Positions 47,901 through 57,300 of a stretch of 64,000 nt of DNA are shown piece after piece (the first letter of the stretch is position 1; the number at the start of each line of letters is the position of its first letter). The notes under the pieces were generated by a model. It saw only the letters and a list, made by a program, of their open reading frames with translations. It ran no database searches and was not told the origin of the DNA. Origin of the DNA: Camelus dromedarius (lineage: Eukaryota); NCBI RefSeq assembly GCF_036321535.1, contig NC_087449.1:66898001-66962000 (forward strand), read 5' to 3'. A program made the position numbers and the translations under genes.

Positions 47901-50900
47901 GACAGCAACTTTCAGCCCTGGATTTGAGGCATGGTGGGTGGGAGGGGCCACGATTCAGAAAAGCGAGGACTAAGAGGAGCCTCAGAGAAGGAATCAGCTC
48001 TCTAGTTGGGGGCCTTTGCCCCCCAATCCCAGGCACTTCGGGTCACCAAAGAGTGGCCATTCTTCTTGCTTCAGGAAGACTCCCTGATACGGAGTGCCAG
48101 TGGCAGGACCGCCTTACCTGCCAGGGGTGGACTCGGCCCCCAGCACAGGCGCCAGAGCCGCAGCCCAGGAGCTGATGGAGGCCGTGGGCCACGGCGTAGA
48201 CGGCCTGGTACGCGTTGTAGGCAGAGCTCATGGAGAACTTTCCAAGTCTGGGCATCTCTGTGAAAGCCCAACACTCTCTACAGACCTGGTTGCTGCCGCA
48301 CCAGGAGCCCCTGGGGCAGGGCCCGAGGGTTCCTTTGTCTGCCCGGACATAAGCCTCTTCAAACTCCTTCAGGCCAGGGACAAGCCTCTGCGGGATGGAC
48401 ACGCCCAGCACCGAGCCGATGCCCTGGATACCGGGCACACTGCTGATGTGTCTGGAGATGGACCAGTCTTCCGAGGCGATCCACACCTTGGCAGTCAGGT
48501 TGGCCAGCACCACAGACTCGAAGAACACCCTGGCCAGCTGCCTGCCGGAGAAAACCACCACGACCGTGGTCCCCGCTTGAGCCAGGTGGCGCATCATGCT
48601 CTGCATCCTCTCGTCACCCGGCCGGGCAGAGAATGGCACAATGTCCTTGAAGGCAACACAGATGCCCTGCTGGGTGGCCCGGCCCTCCAGCGCCTGCACC
48701 CCGAGCTGCCCGTAGTCGCCCTCGCTGCCCACCATGGAGATCCAGACCCAGCCGAACCTCTGCAGCAGCAGCACCAAGATCTCCACCTGGAGCTCATCAC
48801 TGGGGATGGTGCGCAGGAAGGAGGGGTACCGCCGCTTCATGCTGAGTATCACGCTGCTGGCATCGTAGCTGACCTGTGGGGGTTCAGTTCAGCAACTTCA
48901 GTGGCATTAGCCTCGACTCAGGGCTGGCCTTGAGCTGGGTGCGGTGACCCGGAAGGCTGGACACAAGGTCCTGGCCCGGGTTCTCACTACTCGACAGTCC
49001 CGGCCCAGGTTCTCACTACTCGACATGGGAGGCTAACAAGTTACATATGGGGAAGGGGGTAGGTCTCAAGGGAGACTTCTGGGCGTGGGATGGGAATCTG
49101 TCCCCGGGACAAAGGGAACTAAACCTGCATGCAGGGGCTGAGATGGTATGTGTGTGGGGTCCTTTAGGGACTTGCAGGTCAGTTCCAGGAAGAAGAAGAG
49201 CATGAGCACATGTGTCTGGTCTGGGCAGGAAGCCTTAGCTCTCAGGCTACAAGGCTGGGGTTTTATCCGAAGGCCTTAAAGAGCCCCTAAGGGTTTAGGC
49301 AGAGAAGTGGCATCAGACTTGTGTTTTAGGAGTGTATCTCTGATTTCAGTGAGGAACGTGTTTAAGAAGGCTCAAGGCCAGAGTCAAGGACCTCCCAGAG
49401 ACCTCCTGGGAGCTGATGGAATCATCTGGAAGAGAGAGGATGGTGTGAGTGAAATCTGCCGAGGCCATGGCTGTAGAGAACGGGGGTGGAGTCGGCAGTG
49501 GTTACAAGGGCCCCGTGGCAGAGGGCGTGGAGACGGGCTAGACTGCAGGGGCAGGGAAGGGTGTGTAGGTAGTGCTGCAGAGTTTCTGGCTGCCTTAGGG
49601 ATGGTCACTCTGCCAGATGGGCTGGGGTAGGGATGCAAGGAGAAAAGAGGCTTTTGTTCCGTAGGGAGGTAAGTTCAGTTTGGGGCCTGCTTGGTCCTTG
49701 AACTGGGGGCGCAGGTTGAGCATCTGGAAATGAGTCTGGTGCTCAGAAGTCAGAAGGAAGGTAGAGAAGGGAAGGGGAAGTTCAGCAGGGGGTCTTGGCC
49801 AGCCTGGGAAGGGGAGGGGTCTGCTCTAGGGAATCACTGCCTTCTGGGGAAGGGGTACACAGGAGTGGGGGCAGAATTCTCTAAAGGAAACCAGAAACAA
49901 GTGAAAGAGGGGGTCATAAATGCAGAGGGAAAACTGTCAAAATGATAAAATGGATTGGAGACCTAGGGTTAGACCCCCTAGACCTAGACCACTGGGGCAG
50001 GTACTGAGGAGCGGTAACCACCTAGACCTACAGGCCCTCTGCCAGCCCTCCTCAGCAAGACCTTGCCGGTTCTGCCTCTGAGATTGCCACTTGAACCACA
50101 TCCAATCCCTACCAACCTGCAGTCGCCACCCTCAAGCATTGGCCAGAAGGGCAGAACCCAGGGCAGTGGGTGGAGGAGCAGGTAAAAAGAGGGAGAAGCA
50201 AACCGGATGGAGTCTGGCTGGAAAGAGGGCAGAGGGAGTCCAGGCTGAGAGTAGAGGTGCCTGGAGGATGGAGGGGGATGAGGCAAGCAGGTGGGCTGAG
50301 GAGGAAGCCCAGGGAGAGGTGGACGAGCAGAGGAAGGGGTGAGAACCAGAGGGACAGGACTGGCCCGCACAGGGAGGGGCACCACACCTCTAAGCCTGGA
50401 GGGAGGGGAGCAGAGAGGTGGGAGGAGAGCAGGGAGATGTGAAGTTTGCAGGGTGGGAGATGTGAAGTTCATGGGGTGGGAAATGAAGGGTGTTCAGTTC
50501 TGCACAAAGGTGATGGGACAGTGGGAGGAGTGAGAGGGGCAGAAGTTTCCAGGGAGAATGGATTTGCCAGGCAGCATTGAAGCAGGGAGATCTGGAGCAG
50601 CACTTGGAGAGGAAGGAACACTGGGGCAGGTACCTAAGGAGCGGTGACCGCCCAGGAGATCCAGGGGTCCAGACTGGCCTCGGGCACAGCAACTCTGTCC
50701 ACCCACCCCAGCCCACCCTGGACTTGCCTGGAGGGGCAATGAGCGAACTGCCGGGGCCCCAGCTCACCAGGGGCACCAGGAAGGGACTCAGCAGGGCTGC
50801 CGTGGTGGTGACATGGGTGGTGGTGTCAGGCCCAATCACCGCCAGGGTCATGGGGGAAGAGTGGGCGGGGTTTCCTGGGATCTCCACGCGATGTGTCCCC

Positions 50901-52891
50901 AGCGTGCTCAGGATGCTCAGCGTGGCATACACGTTGGCTGACTCCGAGCACACGTCATACAGCTGGTACCCCAGGGTGACATTGGGCAGCAGGGTGGTGG
51001 AGTTGTTTATCTCCTCAATGCCGAACCGCACGGCCTGGAAGAGGTGGTAGCCGTGGCCGTTGAAGTTGTTGGACCTAGAGGGAAAGCCAAGCCGAGAGCT
51101 GAGAAAGGCAAGGCCCCACCGAAACCCTGGCTTCCTGGAACCCCAGGACGGGGTGGGGGGGTGGAGAGAAAGGAAACTCTGGGTCATCTGTCCAGTCCCC
51201 AGAACCATGATCTCAACATGGGCTCCGTAGTGCATACACAGTTCTGGTAACAGGCGTTTGAAGAAGTGGGGGACAAGCTGGAGAAATACACACGACATAT
51301 CCTCCCAACACACACAGGCGTGTTAGCACTGAAAGTCTCACACGTCCTGTAGGAGAGAAACCTGTCGTATTAGGGTTCTCCAGAGAAACAAAGCCAAGAT
51401 GAGGTACATAAATATATGTACACAGAGAGAGAGCGAAAAAGAGTTTTTATTTAAGGAACTGGCTCGTGTGATAGTGGGGGCTGGCAAGTCCGAGAATTGC
51501 AGGGCAGGCTGGAAATTCCCACAAGAGTTTGCGTTGCAGTCTTGAGGCTGAAGGTAGAAATCCTTCCTCAATCTTGTCTCTTAAGGTCTTCAACTGATGG
51601 GATGTGGCCCACCTATATCCTGGAGGACCATTTGCTCTACTTAGTCTATTGATCTAAATGTTAACCATGTCTAAAAATGCCTTCACAGCAACATCTAGAC
51701 TGGTTTTAAGCCAACAACTGGGCACCATACCCTAGCCGAGCTGACAGATGAAATTAACCATGGCACCTGCTTTACCTCGTTTGACCAGAACTTTTCACTG
51801 GGACTCTCGTGACTGTGGTGAGGGCCTGTGTTCCTGATGGCCTCTCTGGGAAACACTGACAGGGGTGCTCTGGAGACATGATTTAGCCCTGCCTGAAGAG
51901 TGTGCTAGCCTGCTGTGCTATTGTTCCTGTCACTCTGTCCTTGAGTCCTGCCCATGACAGCCCTTCAGTTATCTGAAGCCAATTTTCATCTGTCACCTCC
52001 TCCCTCAAGTCTCCCCTCTAACTAGGCTCCCATCTGTGGCTCTTTGGGCCAGTCTTCCTGCACCAGGCGTTCCAAAACCTTCCTCCTGGGCTGGCTGTCA
52101 GGTGTGCGTCCTATTCAGGGCCTCCTATGTTGAGCCCTGATAACATACTCAAGCCACCCAGATCTATGACTTGCACAGATGGCAAGCAACTCTCTTCTTT
52201 ATAAGAAAAGCAGTTGTTTTTTCCTACCTAGACCGTCGAGTTCATGAAGGCACCAACCTAATTTATCTTTGCTAATCTCCGGGAGCATCTACTGCTATGT
52301 GTGCCCACTTCCTTCCTCCTAGAGAACCATACTTGCCATCTGGGAGACTTAAGGAGTGTGAATTCAGGGAGGAACCAGGAGGAGATGGAAGAGGGGAAAG
52401 GCCACCCTTGCTTAATCCTTGCCATCTACTTACACCACAAAGCCAGGAAATAACCGACATGGAATTATAATACAAACAGCCAGGACAAAGTAGTGTATTA
52501 CAAAATGGAAACTGGGCAAAAATGCCAGGAACGGTCTAGCCAGCACTTGAGGGTGGCAACTGCAGGCTGGGGAGGGACTGGAGGCGGTTCAGATGGTAAC
52601 CCCAGAGGCAGAACCGGCAAGGTCTTGCTGAAGAGGGCTGGCAGAGGGCCCTGTAAGCACAGGTCCCCCTCGGTGACGGTTCTGCTGACCCCTCACTCAC
52701 CTGTCACAGAAGGTCACCGTGGGTCTGCGTCTCACCCCTGGATAGTCACTGTGGAGAGGGAACAGGCCTGCAACAAGGTAGTCCCCAGGGAGGCTGAAGT
52801 CGGGAGACGACGTGGTGCTTTGGCAGTTGAAGGCCCAGCAGCAGGACAGGGAAAGCTGCAGGCTGACCAGGTACGTCTCCCACAGTAACAT
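44989..52891 (-). CDS. TAS1R1: Taste receptor type 1 member 1 (umami subunit, class C GPCR), intact, 839 aa; coding exons 52891-52701, 51074-50768, 48873-48118, 47659-47447, 47136-47016, 45920-44989
   Basis: Exon lengths 191+307+756+213+121+932=2520 nt, GT-AG, no frameshift or internal stop. Signal peptide, Venus flytrap domain ([13 protein letters not shown]; [16 protein letters not shown]; YPSFLRT), Cys-rich domain ([11 protein letters not shown]...CCFECVPC) and 7TM ending [11 protein letters not shown]. Confidence 0.97.
46450..46584 (-). mobile_element. tRNA-Ala-derived camelid SINE (Vic-1-like) in TAS1R1 intron 5
   Basis: Head GGGAGGGTATAGCTCAGTGGTAGAGC...GGTTCGATCCCCAG on minus; perfect 18-bp TSD ACCCTGCATCACTTTTTT at 46432-46449 and 46585-46602. 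Confidence 0.9.
49190..49960 (-). mobile_element. LINE-2 fragments in TAS1R1 intron 2
   Basis: ggggttttatcc...gagcccctaagggtttaggcagagaagtggcatcagacttgtgttttagg; aagttcagtttgggg...gagtctggtgctcag. Confidence 0.55.
50029..50147. repeat. Arm B of an inverted repeat (partner 52535-52655)
   Basis: Hand alignment with the reverse complement of 52535-52655 gives 103/121 identities. Confidence 0.9.
51363..51765 (-). mobile_element. MLT2-type (ERVL) solo LTR in TAS1R1 intron 1
   Basis: tg...tagggttctccagagaaac...aaggaactggctcgtgtgat...ggcccacc...cacagcaacatctagactgg...gaaattaaccatggca, with TG...CA termini. Confidence 0.75.
52535..52655. repeat. Arm A of an inverted repeat (partner 50029-50147), 46 nt inside TAS1R1 intron 1
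   Basis: Core 52603-52650 matches arm B at 47/48. Confidence 0.9.
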
Positions 52892-52899
52892 GCTGGCCA

Positions 52900-54360
52900 G
52901 ACGGTCCTGCACTTGGCATGGCCGAGCTGCCCACTCTGACAGGGTCGGGCTCTTTAAATAGAATGGCCGGCAGCTGCCCAGATGCTTCCCAGCTTCGTGC
53001 CTTGGAAAGGGGAGGGACTGGAGCCCAGTTGTTGGAGTTGTAGGGCTGTTTGCCTTGGCCTTCCGGGCCTGCGGTCCTACTCAGGAACTGAGCAGGGTGA
53101 AAACACAGGTGCCAACCAGGCGGCACCCCTGACCCTTCCTCTGGATGGTTGTGGGTTCTGTCCTTGCTCTGGTGCCTGTGGCTTCACCTGGCTCAGAAAG
53201 GGAGCCCTGGTATTTTGGGGAGGCGGAGGGAGGCGGGGACTCAGCTTCCCTGGGGGCTCTGAGGAACAGAATGTGGAAGGCTGCCATCAAGGAGCTGCGG
53301 GTTTTAGAACCTTTGACCTGGGCCTCAGTTTACCGAATGAGACAGGCTTTGAGTTAAACTCGTACACAGCCCGCCACCCCAACCCCCAAGTCCTCAAATA
53401 GAAATCATCCTGAGTGAATCACCCTGGCTTGGCCTTGTGACACAGGGTCGCTCCCTTCAGCTCAGAGACAAATGCATGCAAACGGAGGGTATGCAAATAG
53501 GCCGATTTTGTTTAAAACGTCAGTCCTGGAGCTTTTTCTGCAGGAAAAAATAAATCCTAGGTGGATTTCCGGAGAGATGGCCCTGGATTCGCGGTATCTG
53601 ACTTTCCCTCTCGAGGCGGCCGGGGTGGAGCTTTTGCATAATGTAAATCGAGCCCCCTAATCTCCCCCCGCTGGCGGCCTCCTCCTCGGAGAGGCAGGCA
53701 GAGGCCCGCGTGCGCTGCCGAGGCCGCCGGCAGAGGGCGCCCGCGGCTCCTGGGCCGCTGGTCGGGCCGCGGGGCGGAGCGACGGGATCTCGCGGGATTC
53801 TCGCGCGGCAGGGGCCGGCAGCCAGCATGGCGGACTCGGTGCTGCTGCTCAAGCGGGGTCCTTCCCGCTCCACGTGGCTGCGGGCCCGCAAGGCCCGGCC
53901 CCAGCTCATCCTTAGCCACCGGCCCCGCCGCCGGCTCTGGACCCTGCGCTGGTGCGGCCGAAGGCGCCTTCGGCGGCGGCTGCTGCAGGCCCAGGCGGCC
54001 GGCGCGGACTGGCGGGAGGGCGGCTGCCTGGTGTCGCGCGCGCCGGCGGCCCGGAGGCCCAAGACCGGGGCCCGCAGCCCGGCCCTCAGCCCGGCCCCAG
54101 AGGCGGCCCCGGCCTCGAGTTGTGCTGCGATCCTTCCCATTCCGCCGGTGCGGCCGGCCGGCCCGGGCCGCGCCTTGTTGCTGCTGCCGCTCGGCCAGGT
54201 GGGTCGCGCCGGGGAATCCGGGCGGGCAGAGAAGGAGGGGTGGAGTGACAGCCCCAGAGCTGCCGGCCGGGAGAGGACTGCGTGCCCCCGCTGGTTCTCG
54301 AACCGCAAGCCGGGCTCGTTCCTCGGCCGGTGGTGCTGAGTAGGGTAACGAGGACCCTCC
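52900..54360. promoter_or_regulatory. Divergent TAS1R1/NOL9 promoter region: TATA-like TATTTAAA on minus (52960-52953), octamer cluster (53472-53648), CGCG-type elements (53788-53808), NOL9 CpG island
   Basis: The two ATGs (52891 minus, 53827 plus) are 936 bp apart, head-to-head; motifs read directly. Confidence 0.75.
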
Positions 54361-57300
54361 CGAGGGGATTCTAGGTCTTCGGAGCGGAAGGGACTTTAAT
54401 AGCAATACTAACAATAGGTCGCATTTACCGGGTGTTTAGAAATGCCAGGCTCTAAGTGTTCTAAGCGTATGATTCCATTTAGTACTACGTACTCTCTGTG
54501 GAGTCATTACCACTGTATTTACAGAAAGAGCAGATACAGTATAGCTTTGGTAACTTGCCAAAAGATAAAAGAGTGGAGGAAGAGCCAGCAGTCAGACCCT
54601 GACAGCCCCTGCTCTTCACTTGGACATTGGTCTGGAAGGTCTCCCTCAATACAGGAGGGAAGTGAAAACCCAGGAACGGGAGACTCGCAGGCACTGGACC
54701 TTTGTAAGGACAGGGAGCCTTGAGAACAGCAGAGCTGAGTCCAGGGGACCGCCTCGAGTCAGTGTTCACTAGACTGTCCCTGCGGCTGCCATGGGATATG
54801 ATCTTAGGTTAAAAATATTTATAGTTTAATCTATTAATGAGTCACCCGCAAAGTATTGTGTTACGTAGAAATTAGCCTTCTTTTGATATGTGAATAGCCA
54901 GTTAAGGCCTTAGACGTTTTCAGTTCATTAATAAAAGAACCTGTAACCTTCTTTCTTCCTTTCTCTTTTCTCTCCCTCTAGGGCTTTACTTTTAGCGGAA
55001 TCTGTCGTGTGACCTGCCTCTATGGCCAGGTGCAGGTGCTGGGTTTTGCCATCAGCCAAGGCCAGCCCGCCCAGGATGTCTTCTCGACCTACACCCACTC
55101 TCGCCTGACTATCAGTGCAGTCCATTATTCAGTGCCTGAGAAGAGCAAGGAGATGAAAAGGGAAGCCCGGGCTCTGCTCAGATCTCATCTTAGCCGAGGT
55201 AATGAGAAGAACTGGGGGACCCAGTGAGGATGTGTTCTAACAAGGCTGGTCATTTGTAGGTGCTGACTGTGGCCTAGACCTTGCACTCTACTGCATCGAT
55301 TTAAATCCTCACCAGGGTCCTGAGAGCGAAACTATTGTTCTCACCATTTTACAGATGAGAAAAGTTGCCCAAGGCCACACAACTTTAATGTAGCAAACCT
55401 TGATTGACTTCTGCACCCAGGTGTGTTCCTGTTATGCAGTACAACCCCCTGAAAAAGGATTTGAAACATAATTCCTACTCTCAGAAAATTTGCTATTTAG
55501 CAGAGGAGAAGGTAGTGCTAACGGGCATAGAGTTTAAAGGAGTTGTATGTCTAAGGTAGTTTATATTTGTCTTTACAGATGACAGACGTTGTTTGATGAA
55601 GAATTTTTCTCCTCTGTGTTCCATTATCATGCTGGAACGTCTGAGAACCTCCACTGTGAACTTCATAACCAGCCATCCAGGTTTATCTTACATTTTCGTA
55701 CAAGAGGTAGAACCAGTTTTCGTTCAGCATTTTGCTAATTAATTTCACCAAAGCAGTCATATCATATGACTATGTAGGTTGCTCCCTTGGAAGATCAGTC
55801 TGTCTGTCATGTTGTGCTGTAAGTCTGCAGAATGTAATACATGTTTATAATTTAAAAAAAATAGTATGGAAGGATATATTGTGAATATTGTGTCTTCTAC
55901 CCATCCCCCCTCCTTAGTTTCATCCCCCAGAGAAAGGCATCCTTTTCTATTGTAGTTGGTTAAATGCCTTTTGGCTTTTTTGTTTTGTTTTGGGGGGTAG
56001 GTAATTAGGTTATTTATTAATTTTTTTAATAAAGGTACTGGGGATTGAACCCAGGACCTTGTGCATGCTAAGCACACACTCTACCACTGAGCTATACCCT
56101 CCCCATTTTGGCATTTTTTTTTTTTAATGGTTATCTTTATGTCTTGGTATATTAACTTGAGACAGAGTAAATTTTTTCTAAACTCTGAATTTCAGTGTAC
56201 TTAACACCTTCTCCCATCTCTCTCTTTCCTCAACTCTAAGTTTTTGCTGCCCATGTTGTTAATTTCCTGAAGTCAACTCTGTTACTATGATTGTCTCCCA
56301 TGAGCCGGTAAATTGAGTGTAAACTACGGGAACATCAGACTGGATGTGAGGTGTGAGGAAGGGTGGAGGAATGACACCAGGCTGTTTGGCCTAATCACCT
56401 GGGTGCATGGAGTTGCCATGAACTGAGATAGGGCTGCTGTGGGAGGAGATTTGGGTCCGTTCACTTTAAGGTGCCTGTTGGACATTCCGTTGGAGATGTC
56501 AGGTGGGCAGCTGACTTTGTGAGTCTGGAGTTCCAAGGAGTTGGGAGTGTAAATTTGGGAGCTTTCAACAGAAGAGTGTTCCAAAGCCCATGAAATGGGG
56601 TAATAGCATGAAGGGAGTTGCTGCAGGTAGAAATGAGGAGGTTCGAGGTCTGAGCCCCGAGGCACTCCCAAGAAGAGATCTAGATGAAGGAGCGGCAAAG
56701 AGACTGAGAAGGAGGGGGTGTACTGATGTTGGAGGAAACCAGGCCAGTGTGATCAGGAAGCCTTGCAAGGAAGTGGAAGTGTCAGATGCTGCTGAGGGTG
56801 ACCTGAGGCCTGAGAAAGGAACTCCAGGTGTGGACTCACAATCTGGACAAGGGTGGTTTCATTGGATTGCTGAGCGGGAAAGCCTGGTTGGAGTGGGATG
56901 AACAGCTGGGGAATACAGGAACTCAAGGGTTTAGTCGTAAGGGATTTGGGCTTTTATAGAGTTCGGCTGTAAAGGGAAGAAAGAAATGAAACAGTCATTG
57001 GAGGAGTAAGTGTGATCAGGAGAGTTTTGTTTTTGTTAAGGTGGATGAAAAAAATGCATAATTGAACACAGCCACAGGAGAGAGTGCTGGTGTTGCAGTG
57101 GAGAGAGGGTGGCTGGAGCAGTGTCAGTGACTGGGCCTCAAGGGCAGGGTCCCCATGTCTGCCTGAGGAGCAGAGGCAGTTCCTTCAGAGTGGCCGGAGG
57201 AAATGCCCCACACAGGGCCGGGGTGTGTTACAAGTTCTCTTCTGTTTCCTCTTACTCTGTGAAGTGAGTCAGGGTTATCACTGAGTGGGGGCCTAGGTAG

